DNA from: a virus | Taxonomy: Duplodnaviria > Caudoviricetes | Strand: one strand, 5' to 3' | DNA: 64,000 nt | IMG/VR virus record: IMGVR_UViG_3300025909_000005 | Part shown: piece by piece, positions 1-10,200 of the stretch | Position numbering within the stretch: position 1 is the stretch's first letter | Layout: the number at the start of each line of letters is the position of its first letter | Made by a program: the position numbers and the translations under genes | Notes under the pieces: generated by a model | What the model was told of the DNA's origin: nothing | The model's database searches: none | The model's input: only the letters and a program-made list of their open reading frames with translations

Positions 1-585
1 GAACACGCCTGAGCCGCTGTCAGGGAACACCAGCGTTCCCTTGGTTGGCTGAGTCAGGGCATGGAAGACTGCTGACTGGTCAAAGACGTCGTTCAGGCTC
101 AGGTCAAACTGAGTTGCTCCGGCATTCTCGCTAATCGTGAAGAAGTCGGCGTTGGCAACTAGAGGTGCGCCAGAGCCGGAACCGCCAGACCCGCCAGACC
201 CGCCGTCGGTGCCGCTGCCCGAGTACCAGATGAATGGGATCGTGGCCGATGGAGTCGTGTCGGTCATGCCAAAGCCAGCCGTGGCACCATTACCGTCGTA
301 GCCCTTGACACCAACGTAGTACGTGTCTGCTGTCAGGTACGTCGAGATCTGTGAGGCGAGGTTGCCGCCGCTGTCATCGTCATAAGCGATGAGCGCGCCT
401 GTCGGACCATACAGGCCCATGTACGTGTCGACTGGAGAACCGGTTGTCGAAAACGTGTAGATGCCTGTCGTGTCAACGACGATCTTGAACCAAAGCATCG
501 TGTTCGCTGCTTTGAACGCGCCATCTGGCTGGTTGATCGGCAGCTGAACCGCGTCTGATGGTGGCGTGTAAACTGGCGTGCTCAT
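1..585 (-). CDS. Virion surface protein with PPC-like and Ig-like (Big_9/cadherin-like) domains; partial, runs off the window start
   Basis: Not in the ORF track. I translated it from ATG at 585 (ATGA overlap with the upstream stop); the frame is open to base 1. It reads MSTPVYTPP...DTYMGLYGPTGALIAYDDDSGGNLASQISTYLTADTYYVGV (PPC-like), then a GS linker, then ANADFFTISEN...DLSLND...TQPTKGTL (Ig-like). Confidence 0.7.
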   Translation of the reverse strand, partial: MSTPVYTPPSDAVQLPINQPDGAFKAANTMLWFKIVVDTTGIYTFSTTGSPVDTYMGLYGPTGALIAYDDDSGGNLASQISTYLTADTYYVGVKGYDGNGATAGFGMTDTTPSATIPFIWYSGSGTDGGSGGSGGSGSGAPLVANADFFTISENAGATQFDLSLNDVFDQSAVFHALTQPTKGTLVFPDSGSGVF

Positions 586-2222
586 TGCTTGATCCTGATG
601 GTCATCGCAACCGCGTTGTTGTCCGGCGAGCTGTCATTCTCAGGTGAGTGCAGGACGCCAGAAAGCGTCATGGATCCGTTCACCGATGGAGCCGTGAGAT
701 TGAATCTAGCTGTGACGTATTGGCCAGTGGCGAGCGAGGAGAGCACTGGAAGCGTAACAGTCGTGACGCCATTGGTACGAACAGAGGTGGAGCCCGTTGG
801 AAGGCCAGACACCGTGACTGCTTGACCGCCAACATCGCTGATCTTGATGACTCGAGTTGCCTGCGTCGCGCTGAGCAGGCCTTCATTGGAGGCCGTGACG
901 AGCACCTGAACTGTCTCGCCCTGCTGCGCGTTGAGCGGAGCAGAGAGCTGGAGCTTGAGGTTCGTGTTCTTGCCCTGTGTTGGAGGAGCCGCAACCACGA
1001 TGACGTTGGTCTTGAGCACCTCATCCTGGCCGTACACGCTCTTGACGCGGAACTTGACCGAGTAGTTGCCTGCGGCCGTGAAGGTGTAGGACGGATTCTG
1101 AGTTGTCGAGTCGACGATGCCATCGTTCTGGAAGTCCCACTCGAACTCGGTTGGGTTGTGCAACGCGGTGCTCGTGAACTGGACCGTCAGCGGCAGGGTA
1201 CCGGTGACTGGAGACGCCGTGAAGTTTGCAACAGGTGGGAGACCCGTCACTGGTGGCACGACGTACGTGATGTTCTTTTCAAGGATCGTGGCTGCCTGGA
1301 TCTCGATCCAGATGGAGTCAACGTCATAGACGTAGCCAGCGATTTGGTTCACACCGAGAGTTGGTGGAGTGGTGGTGACCTGACCGGTTGGACCACAGAA
1401 GATCGGGCGGCCGATCGCTTCGGCTGGCCAAGACCACTGCTCATTGCGAACAACGCCTGAGGTCACGACTGAGCCGACCTCAGAGGAGTAGAGGTCCTCA
1501 ACGACGATGCCGATGATTCGGCTGCGCCAGTTGTCGGAGCGAGCAAGCGCCAGCTTCCGGCCTGGCAGAACTTGAACGAAGCTGAAGGCAGGAATTGGCT
1601 CGTTTGCCATGCCTGCCAGCACCTCAGTCTCGAAGTTGACCTTTGTCGTGTCACCTGTGACAACAGACAGGCCAGACGTAGACGTGACGAACGTGCCATC
1701 AGAGGCGCGCAGCGGCTTGTTGTACTGGTCAAGAACGAGAGCGCCAGCGTCGTACGAACCGTTGTCACCGACCTGGGATCCCTTGGCCCATGGCTGAATC
1801 GTCGCACCGTTCAGGTACGTTGCAGCAAAGACGCGGAGCTTATCGAGCCACTTGTTACCGTTCCAGACCTTCATCTGGCTGATCGACGTGTCGTACCAGT
1901 GCTGGTCAACCGCTGGATTGTTCGGCGCCGTTGCTGCAACTATCAGCGGGAAGTTCGTGGCACCACGTGTCAGCGAGGCATCAAGAAGGTTGATGTCCCA
2001 GTAGAGGTACTTCGTCTGATTGGTGGTGAACGGACCCCAGGCATTCGGGACAGACCGCACCTCCTCAACCACGTACGTGGCAGAACGGTGCGCGAAGATG
2101 ATAACCGTCGGGTCTGGTGAAACGACCAGGTTGATGAAGTTACCGCTCTTCGCCAGGAATGTCGCGGTTGCATAGACATCGGTCTGATATCTTGCAATGC
2201 CTTGGCGGAAGGTCAGACGCAT
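582..2222 (-). CDS. Virion structural protein with PKD domain and C-terminal DUF11/CARDB-like Ig domain (546 aa)
   Basis: Clear PKD signature PPVANFTASPVTGTLPLTVQFT...EFEWDFQNDG...STTQNPSYTFTAAGNYSVKFRV. Tail-type motif NPAVDQHWYDT...KVWNGNKW. C-terminal LKLQLSAP...VLVTASNEG...NDSSPDNN. Confidence 0.8.
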   Translation of the reverse strand: MRLTFRQGIARYQTDVYATATFLAKSGNFINLVVSPDPTVIIFAHRSATYVVEEVRSVPNAWGPFTTNQTKYLYWDINLLDASLTRGATNFPLIVAATAPNNPAVDQHWYDTSISQMKVWNGNKWLDKLRVFAATYLNGATIQPWAKGSQVGDNGSYDAGALVLDQYNKPLRASDGTFVTSTSGLSVVTGDTTKVNFETEVLAGMANEPIPAFSFVQVLPGRKLALARSDNWRSRIIGIVVEDLYSSEVGSVVTSGVVRNEQWSWPAEAIGRPIFCGPTGQVTTTPPTLGVNQIAGYVYDVDSIWIEIQAATILEKNITYVVPPVTGLPPVANFTASPVTGTLPLTVQFTSTALHNPTEFEWDFQNDGIVDSTTQNPSYTFTAAGNYSVKFRVKSVYGQDEVLKTNVIVVAAPPTQGKNTNLKLQLSAPLNAQQGETVQVLVTASNEGLLSATQATRVIKISDVGGQAVTVSGLPTGSTSVRTNGVTTVTLPVLSSLATGQYVTARFNLTAPSVNGSMTLSGVLHSPENDSSPDNNAVAMTIRIKQ

Positions 2223-2256
2223 TCAGGATCTCTTGTTGTCGCCTTGCGGCGAGCTG

Positions 2257-2883
2257 TTACGAAACCGAGATCGTAAGCGTGTAGACGATGGTCAGTTCGC
2301 GGTTGCCAGTATGTTCGATTGGCGAGAAGATCAGATGTGACAGCATCAGCTCACCTGCACCAGAGAGCAGGGAGGTTGGCGTAGATGGGTTTGCAGTCTC
2401 GTGTGTGAACAGACCGAGCTCATCGAAGAAGTATGGCGAGTTGAAGTTGCCAGACGTCGTAGAACCGTCGTTCGTCGTGTCAGCTGTATTCTGGAAAGCC
2501 TCGGATGCCGAGATCACGCAGGTGATGATGACGCGCGTGTTTGTCGAAGCTGGAATGTTGGTGAACGTAACCGAGTTGCCAACGCCGACACCAGCATCAG
2601 ACTCATCCACAACTTCCACGTAGGTGGCGTTGTAGAGGTTTGCGGTGTCGCCAGTCGTGATGGCTGGGCGGAACACGATCTGCTGGTTCGAGTCGATGTA
2701 CGTACCTTGATTGCCAAGCTTCAGCTTGTAGATCTGGTAGTTGCTCGTGTTCGACAGACCGCGAGCGATGGCGGTTGCCATGTTCTTCGGGTGAATGTCG
2801 TTGTGCTTGTCGACCAGCACGTTGCCAGCATCGTCCTTGATGAGTACGTGGCCAGAGACGCGGGTGCTGAGAAGTTCTTGCAT
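2257..2883 (-). CDS. Virion structural (baseplate/tail-associated) protein (208 aa)
   Basis: Beta-rich ORF with GHVLIKD...KHNDI and FDELGLF...LSHLIFSPIEHTGNRELTIVYTLTI. It has its own late promoter and lies in the baseplate module. Confidence 0.6.
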   Translation of the reverse strand: MQELLSTRVSGHVLIKDDAGNVLVDKHNDIHPKNMATAIARGLSNTSNYQIYKLKLGNQGTYIDSNQQIVFRPAITTGDTANLYNATYVEVVDESDAGVGVGNSVTFTNIPASTNTRVIITCVISASEAFQNTADTTNDGSTTSGNFNSPYFFDELGLFTHETANPSTPTSLLSGAGELMLSHLIFSPIEHTGNRELTIVYTLTISVS

Positions 2884-2910
2884 GTAGTCCTCTAGGGGGT
2901 TATTCGGCTC

Positions 2911-2916
2911 TATTTA
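2911..2916 (-). promoter_or_regulatory. Late promoter core TAAATA
   Basis: Intergenic, upstream of the 2883 gene; T4 late consensus is TATAAATA. Confidence 0.75.
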
Positions 2917-2920
2917 TCGC

Positions 2921-5900
2921 TCAGGCCACAATGATTTGAAGCGTGGTTGGGGAAGCGAAAGAGAACTGGTAGGTGTAAGAGCCTGCAAGTTTCTGAGCGC
3001 CCACCTGCAGAGGAACGGTTTGGACAGGCAGCAGCACAGAGAAAGTAGGTGTGGACTGTGGCGCCACTGTGAACACGACCTGGAAGATGCGCGCCGGCAG
3101 TGTAACGTCAATTGTGGTTGGTGCAGACTGAATGAACGAGATGGAGGTAGACTCCGTCTGCGAGTCAAGGCCGCCAGTGTCGTAGCCAGCTGTGCCAAAC
3201 GTGTTACCGTTGTCTACAGACAGAAGCACCATCGAATCCGTGATCGAGGTGGCAACTGGTGTCGATGGACGATCGACGATGTCAAACGCGGAACCCTGCT
3301 CTGGGAAGCCGAAGTTCTGTGCCGTCAAGACGGTGTCTGCGTCCAGCGCAGCCAAGAAGTCTGGCAGGGTCGTCTGTGACAGGCTGCCGTTCACCAGGAA
3401 GTCACCAAGCAGGTCACGCAGGTCCGCGAGACGAGCTGAATCAGTTGGTGAAGGCGATGGCAGGGCCATGAGCTCCTGCGCCTCCAAGAAGTAGGCAGTC
3501 AGCGGCTGACCAAGGTCGTAGAAGCCGTTTGTCGTTTCGTTGTCGTACGGCAGGTTGTCGTAGCCGGCCAGGAAACCTGTGAATGGCCCGTCAACGATCG
3601 TGGTGTTGAAGGAGTCAACGAGGGTCTGGTTGATCGACCACTCGGTCGTGTCGACAACCGAGATGTTGGCATCATCCTCGAACATGTGGTCTTCAGCGAG
3701 TGGGCCACCATCGATAAGAAAGCGCAGGCTTTCGGCGATGCGAACTCGTGTGAGTTCGTTCCAGCTGTTGTCGATCGTGACAAGGTTGACCTGTGCGTTG
3801 AGCGGCAGGTACTTCGTGAAGAAGGCTTCGTCCCACTCAAACTCGATTGGCCAGTTGACGTTCGTGGCATCTGTCTGCTGGAGCTTGCCGATTGTCTCGC
3901 CACTTGCTGCCGTCGTGAAGACGTGTAGGGTGGTAGGGTCAGAGTACTCAGCGATGGATGTAACGCTGTCGTAGCGACCATCTGTCATTGGCAGCCAACC
4001 GTTCAGGATGGCGGTCTCTGGACTCGTGTTTGAAAGTGGAATGTCGCTGTTCGTGCTCGTCGAGATGAAGCGCGGGTCGATGTTGATCAGGTCAAGTGGT
4101 GACGTGTCAGCGGTGCTGGTCGTAATCGAGATGAGTGCGCGACCATCCTCAGACTTCTCCACAACTACCAGGTCACCCGCATCTGGCAGGCGTGGTGGCA
4201 GCGCTGGATTCAGAATGACCATGTCGGCTGAGTTCCACAGCTGGTAGCCGTGGTCAATGACCCTGAGGTGGACGACGTCCTCAGTCAGACCAGTCGACGT
4301 GGCGCTCAGGTACTTGTCGTTGAAGGTGCCGGTCGCTGGCATGAAGCCTGTCACGTTGATGTCAGAGCGCTGAACGAGGTAGCCACTCGAGGTCTTGGTG
4401 AACGTGTAGATCAGGGAGGGGCAGTCCTCACGGATCGTGTACGTCAGAGGCAGGTCTGTGCGAAGTGAGTTCGTCGTGTCAAAGAGCTGGCCAACTGGAG
4501 CGTTCAGCTTGAAGCCGATCTTGTCGTTCCAGTAGTACTCGCCAATGGTTGCTGGCTTCGTCCAGCCCGTGACAGAGCCGTGCACGAGGTACGATGGCTT
4601 CTTGTCAAACGTGTTGAACGTGAAGGTGTCGCCTGCAAAGATGCCGCCGTTTGGTACGATCGTGAAGTGAACGTAGTCGTTCTTGTACGAGAGACCCTCA
4701 GCGGCAATCAAGCCAGGAGTTGGAATCGTGTTGCCTGAGCTGTAGAAGCCCTTGTCGTTTGAGACGGTGTACGACGTGGTCGTGTCGAACTTGACAGTCC
4801 ACTTGGCTTCAGGCGCCTTGAAGAAGTCGTCGCTGTGCATGATCAGGCGCGGCAGACGGGCCGCAACGAGACCAACAGGGCGCTCAACAAGGGTGGGCAG
4901 TGGGTTGACAACCTGGAACGAGAAGACATCGCCACCTTCAACGCGAGGGTAGGTCGTGTCAGCAGCAGTTACGGCGATGAATGGCTTTGAACCTGCTGGA
5001 AGGTCAAAGCTGATGCCGTACGTGGAAGACGAGAACGACTCACCAACGTTGACGTTGCCAATGTGGTGCGAGGTCAGGAAGTTGTCGTCAGAGTAGTCGA
5101 CACTGAACGTCGTGGAGAGGTAGAGCTCCAACTCAGGAGCACCATAACGAGCTGCTGCATTCGAGGCAGGATCTGGTGACACGCCAGACGTAGCGTCGTC
5201 AAGGTCAACGAAGTCGCTAGAAGTGCCGTCCTTCTTGGTTGTGATGAGAGACGTGCTTGGCAGCGCACGGACGCGGAAGTAACGTCCGTCTTGGACTGCC
5301 TGCGTCAGTGTGAGGTTCAGCTGGGTGAGGTCATAGTCCGTGAAGCGGCCGTCATACGCGAAGTTGATCTTCGTCGTGCCGTCGGCATACGTGAGGTGAT
5401 CGTTGTCGTAGGCATCCAGGTCGTAGCCGTAGCCGAGGTCCAGGTTTTGCACTTCAGCTGGGATGTTCGCGATGCTGAAGTAGAACTTGTCACCTGCCTG
5501 GAATGGACCGACGAGGGTGAAGCCGAGCTTACCGTCGTTGAATGGAACGCCGACCTCTGCCACGCTGTAGTAGGTCGGCCCAACAACTGAGAAGTGCGTG
5601 GAATCCGTTGCAGTCATGACGAAGTCACCGATCAGGGTCTGATCGAGAAGGTCAATGTTGCCGACGGTGCCAGAGGAATCTTGAATGTGGCCGTAGTGCG
5701 AGGAGCCGTAGAACGGACGATCATGGGCAATTGGGTTGACCTTGATGATGTTCCACTGTTCGCGCAGCGCAGAGGTGCCGATCGTGATCTTGTTGTACGG
5801 CGTGAGCGCCAGCTTCTGGCCCACTGGAGGAGTGGCGAGCGACGTCAGCGTAAATGAAACGCGCGGCGAGGTGTACGTGCCTGGCGTAACGAAGGCCAAG

Positions 5901-6892
5901 AAGCCCGTCATAGAGCCGGCCAGCGTGTACGTCAGGGAGTCGGGATCAAGAACGGTGAGAGTGAACTCCTCAGCGTCAGAGCCACCACCCGTGATGTCTG
6001 TGACAGACGTGTAGGCGTCGGCAACGTCCTTGAAGACGAGCGCACCAGACTCGTAGATCTCCATGTCGCTGAAGTGGCGCAGGGCCAGCGAGGAGGTCAG
6101 CAGCTCAATCTTCTCCTGAACGCCATCACGTGCCTGCACGATGTCAGGGTTTGCAGAGGCGCCCATCCAGGCCAAGAGAGCTTCGTAGCTGGTTGGCAGG
6201 TCAGGAATTGCGATGATAGCGAACAAAGCATCGAGCTCTCGCTGTACGTCTGCATCACCGCCAACGTCAGTCACCACCGTTTGGATGTCGTTCAGGATCT
6301 TCGTGATCTGGCTGATCGCGCTCAGGGGGTTGGTCGTATCGAGCGCAGCGGCTCGTGCAATGTTCGTGGCCTCGGTGATGATGCCATCCTCGTTGGACGG
6401 GATCCACAGAGGATCAAATGGGCTTGACGAGTTGCCGGTGCCTGAGTACGTCTGCTTGATCTGAAACTGGAACGAGCCGTGGCTCTGGAAGAAGTCAACC
6501 GATTCCGTCTGCGGCTCGAGCAGACCAGCCTTCTTCACGAAGACCTGGTTCACGCCAATGGCGTCGAAGCTCTTCTTGGAGTAGACGTATGGGACCGTTG
6601 GCAGGTCGGTGTTCTCGTCCTGTCCCACCGTGAAGGTTCGAGTACGCATGAACGGCGACTGAACGCGGTGTGCAGGGAACGAACGATACAGCGGGTTCGC
6701 GCCAGAGAAGTAGTTGAAGGTCCAGGCAGGGCTGATCTTTGTCTTGATCAGCAGCTTCTCTGTGATCTTGACGTTGACGTCCTCAAAGAACTGGTACTCC
6801 TCAACGATCTCCGTCAACTTGGAGTGGTACGGCTTCGTGTCGTTGATGTAGTCAACAAGACTCTGGACGTAGAGGCTGTTCTTATTTGTCAT
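2921..6892 (-). CDS. Large virion structural protein, probable baseplate wedge/fibre-attachment (1323 aa)
   Basis: Long ORF with phage codon bias. N-terminus SLVDYINDTKPYHSKL, repeated beta modules (GDKFYF, GDVFSF, GDTFTF) and baseplate context. Confidence 0.6.
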   Translation of the reverse strand: MTNKNSLYVQSLVDYINDTKPYHSKLTEIVEEYQFFEDVNVKITEKLLIKTKISPAWTFNYFSGANPLYRSFPAHRVQSPFMRTRTFTVGQDENTDLPTVPYVYSKKSFDAIGVNQVFVKKAGLLEPQTESVDFFQSHGSFQFQIKQTYSGTGNSSSPFDPLWIPSNEDGIITEATNIARAAALDTTNPLSAISQITKILNDIQTVVTDVGGDADVQRELDALFAIIAIPDLPTSYEALLAWMGASANPDIVQARDGVQEKIELLTSSLALRHFSDMEIYESGALVFKDVADAYTSVTDITGGGSDAEEFTLTVLDPDSLTYTLAGSMTGFLAFVTPGTYTSPRVSFTLTSLATPPVGQKLALTPYNKITIGTSALREQWNIIKVNPIAHDRPFYGSSHYGHIQDSSGTVGNIDLLDQTLIGDFVMTATDSTHFSVVGPTYYSVAEVGVPFNDGKLGFTLVGPFQAGDKFYFSIANIPAEVQNLDLGYGYDLDAYDNDHLTYADGTTKINFAYDGRFTDYDLTQLNLTLTQAVQDGRYFRVRALPSTSLITTKKDGTSSDFVDLDDATSGVSPDPASNAAARYGAPELELYLSTTFSVDYSDDNFLTSHHIGNVNVGESFSSSTYGISFDLPAGSKPFIAVTAADTTYPRVEGGDVFSFQVVNPLPTLVERPVGLVAARLPRLIMHSDDFFKAPEAKWTVKFDTTTSYTVSNDKGFYSSGNTIPTPGLIAAEGLSYKNDYVHFTIVPNGGIFAGDTFTFNTFDKKPSYLVHGSVTGWTKPATIGEYYWNDKIGFKLNAPVGQLFDTTNSLRTDLPLTYTIREDCPSLIYTFTKTSSGYLVQRSDINVTGFMPATGTFNDKYLSATSTGLTEDVVHLRVIDHGYQLWNSADMVILNPALPPRLPDAGDLVVVEKSEDGRALISITTSTADTSPLDLINIDPRFISTSTNSDIPLSNTSPETAILNGWLPMTDGRYDSVTSIAEYSDPTTLHVFTTAASGETIGKLQQTDATNVNWPIEFEWDEAFFTKYLPLNAQVNLVTIDNSWNELTRVRIAESLRFLIDGGPLAEDHMFEDDANISVVDTTEWSINQTLVDSFNTTIVDGPFTGFLAGYDNLPYDNETTNGFYDLGQPLTAYFLEAQELMALPSPSPTDSARLADLRDLLGDFLVNGSLSQTTLPDFLAALDADTVLTAQNFGFPEQGSAFDIVDRPSTPVATSITDSMVLLSVDNGNTFGTAGYDTGGLDSQTESTSISFIQSAPTTIDVTLPARIFQVVFTVAPQSTPTFSVLLPVQTVPLQVGAQKLAGSYTYQFSFASPTTLQIIVA

Positions 6893-7226
6893 TCTTTGCT
6901 AGTTTCGCGAGCACGTCATTGTGCTTCTGGATGGCGCGCTCCACAACCTTCAGGTCGTCCTCAAGCTTCATGGCGCGAAGCGTGTTCTTGGTGGTGTCCT
7001 TCTTTGCAAGCAGGGCCAGCTCTGACTTGATGGCCTTCTGGCGGGTCAGCAGAGGAGCAAGCGCCTTGTTCTCGCGATTGGTTACCTTGGCCGCGTGCGT
7101 TGCACGGAACCGGACCTCATCGTCCTTCATGACCTTGTAGCTGTGGCCAAGAGCCGCAGCGCCGAGCACGGTTGCTGCGAGAGTGCTGGCAAACTTGCCT
7201 TCTTCCAGGAGTTCGTTAACTTTCAT
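6882..7226 (-). CDS. Small basic protein with capsid-targeting-like leader (MKVNELLEE), hydrophobic stretch and coiled coil (114 aa)
   Basis: Leader shared with many ORFs in the window. Inserted between two large structural genes. Confidence 0.6.
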   Translation of the reverse strand: MKVNELLEEGKFASTLAATVLGAAALGHSYKVMKDDEVRFRATHAAKVTNRENKALAPLLTRQKAIKSELALLAKKDTTKNTLRAMKLEDDLKVVERAIQKHNDVLAKLAKNDK

Positions 7227-7229
7227 GTC

Positions 7230-10200
7230 TTACTCGTATGTGGCTGCAGCCGTTCCAGATTGGACAACCTTGATCGAGTAAGCAGACAGACGTGATGTCT
7301 TGAAGAGATCCGTCAGCTCGTAGTTCGAGGCGACGATGTCATTCAAGGCTGCGAAGAAGATCTCATTCACCTGCGCCACCTTTGCCTGAGTCCAGATCTT
7401 GGTCATCATGTTGCGTGCTGCCACAGGATCCGCGAACCACGTGTCGCTCTGGTCAAAGTCCAGGAACGAGATGTAATCAGGAACTGGTGAGGCACCACTC
7501 GTATCTACCAAGCTGGTATTTAGGATGGTGTAGGTAATGGAAGAAATGAGCAGATCCTGTGGAGCAAGGGTTTGCTCTGGGCCGAAGCCGAACTGGGTCC
7601 GAGTTCCATTCCGTTCATCGTACAGGGAACGCGCGATTGCAGGCACCGAGTTTCCAGCGATGTCTCGACCAGCCACCGAGTCGGTGAGCTTCTGCCACAG
7701 CGCCTCGGGGATCAAGGTCTTCTGGCCTGGACGGATGAGCGTCCATTCCGTGTGCACGTTCTTGAGGTTCCACTCCTCTGGGTCATCGCGCAGCGTGAAG
7801 TTGCGGGTGAAGCGGAGCTTGAACGTGTCGTCCTTGGTGACCACGTAGGAGAGGCCAGCAATCGTGATGGCGTCGTAGACGTGCGTGACCGGGTCCATGT
7901 TCTGGAACGTCAGGAAATTGTCTGGACCGTCACGCAGTTCCTGGACAATCGACTGCACCGAGAGCGCCTTACCACGAGCTGCTGTCGACTTGTTCGAGAC
8001 CCAGAAGTAGTAGAGCGTCGACGAGAACGTGCCATCAGCGTCGCGAACAGGTAGCGAGACGTACTCGTAGTCCTGCTTGTACTGCGTCTGAACTGCGAGG
8101 TTGTCCTTGACATCTGGATCGAAGGCAAGTTCAGCAACCGTCGGCTGGTACTTGCGCGTGATGACGACGACCTGGGAACCAGCTGGAACGGAGTTCACCG
8201 TCAGGAGCTTGCCGCTGATCGTGTACGAGGCCTTGAGCTGTGCCACGCCGTTGATGTAGACCGAGGTGGAGGTCGAGTCGAAGTTCACGTCGTTGGTGAA
8301 CGTGCAGCCTGCACCGTCTGCCACAACTGTGTAGGAGATGTCGTCGTCCAGCTTCGGGTACGTGCGCTTCTTGTCAAGCAGCACAGACCAGTCGGTCCAC
8401 GTCGTGCTGTAACGGTCAACGATAGTGCCGTCGTTCAAGGTCAGAGGCGCCTTGGAGTAGGCGATGGCGTCCTGCACCTGGACAAGGCTGCCAGGAATTT
8501 CAACGTAGTCACCGACATACGGCTTCCAGGATGAGGTTGGATAGGTGCCGTCCGCGTCAAGCTCGGCCTGAGTTGGGACAGTCCAAGCACGCCAGCCGTA
8601 GAAGGTGCCAGGATCCGCACTGTCATTCGACAGAGGGCTCGTCACGCCTGCTGGGTTTGGAACAACCGCCTGGATCGTCACCGAGTTTCGTGCGTAGAGG
8701 TTTGCAGCCAGGCCGTTCACGATTGCGTCGCGAAGGTCAGTCACGTTGTAGGTACCGTCTGCCGCGATAGTCACCGTGATCAAGATGCCAAAGGCCGGCA
8801 GTTCGACCAGAATCTTCTCACCAGCCGTGTAGGTGACCTGAGCTGGAGTCGTCGTGAGGTCAGTCGAGGTAGTCGTCGTTGCGAAGTCGGTTGAGCCGTC
8901 CTCGAGTTGGGCCTTGATACCAACGGTCGTGTAGTACGAGGTCGTGACGCCGTCTGCGTCCAGGATTGGAGCCTGATCGTAGGTCGGGTAGAACGCAAGC
9001 TGACCGGTCAGGAGGTTCGTGTTGGACACGGCCACCGAGATGTTCGAGGCGATGCCGACGTTCGTCACGTCAGCAAACGTTCCACCATTCTGATCAACTA
9101 GGACCTTCGAGAACACGTCACCGACGATGTACTCGCTCATTGGCTTTGGAATGGCGTTGAAGACGTTCCAGGCACCGATGCGCATGCCGCTCGTGATGCC
9201 GATGGTGGCGAAGTCGCTGGCACCCAGAGAGACCGTCGTGCCACTGTCGTCAAACCACAGGCGACCTGCAGCTTCAAGAGTGTGGCCGCCGTTGAACGGT
9301 GGAGTCTCCTCGAAGTCGATGTTCAGTGGAACAGGTGAGTACGACCAGGCAACTGGACGCAGGCTCCAGACGCGTTCACGTTGGTACGTCTGCTGGTTGG
9401 CAACGGTGCCGGCGGCCTTCGTGTTCGGGTCCAGCGAGGCGTCACCTGCCTGGGTTGCAGCGAGGGCGTTGTACTCAGACGGTGGAACGGTCGACTCAAC
9501 CCACTCGTAGACGTCGATCGAGGCGTAGTCAGCGAGGGCACCCCAACGAGACAGTCGATCGGCAATCTCTGGGTAGATCACGTAGTCGTAGTACGGAACG
9601 TAGGCGAGGTTGCGCGTGTCAAACCAAACGCGACCGACTTCATTCGCACCCCATGGGCGTAGCGGGTCATACGAGTTGTTGTTCACGACCTGGGTCGAGA
9701 AGTTGTACTTCGCAGGGTTCAGGTTCGACGTAATGTTGATGCACTCGAGCGCCGCCGGCGTGTGCTGCCCAGTTGCTGGGTGCCAGATTGGAATCTCGGC
9801 AACGAGCTCCTCATCGACGTAGTTGAACAGCTTGACTGGGTTGAAGCGAGGACGGGCTGGACCGTAGCCAACGATCAGAGCTGGGAAGGTCGCTGAGCTG
9901 TCGATCGTCACAGTCGTGGCGTTGTTGACCGTCACGCCCGCTGGGTAGGTCAGCTGGTCAGCAATGAACGGCAGCGTGATGGTGCCTGGACCTACTGCGG
10001 CGAACGTTCCAACGACCTCAGCTGCGAAGCCAGTGCTTGGCTGGTTCAGGTCATCGTACGAGAACCAACGGTTCTCGTCGTAGTTACGAATCGTCGTGAA
10101 GGCGGGTGCGAGCGTGTCGTTGTCGAACTGGAGCTGCGTGAACTGTGTCACGGTGTCGTTAACCGACAGCTTCAGCTCAGGGAATGACTTCTGACGAGCG

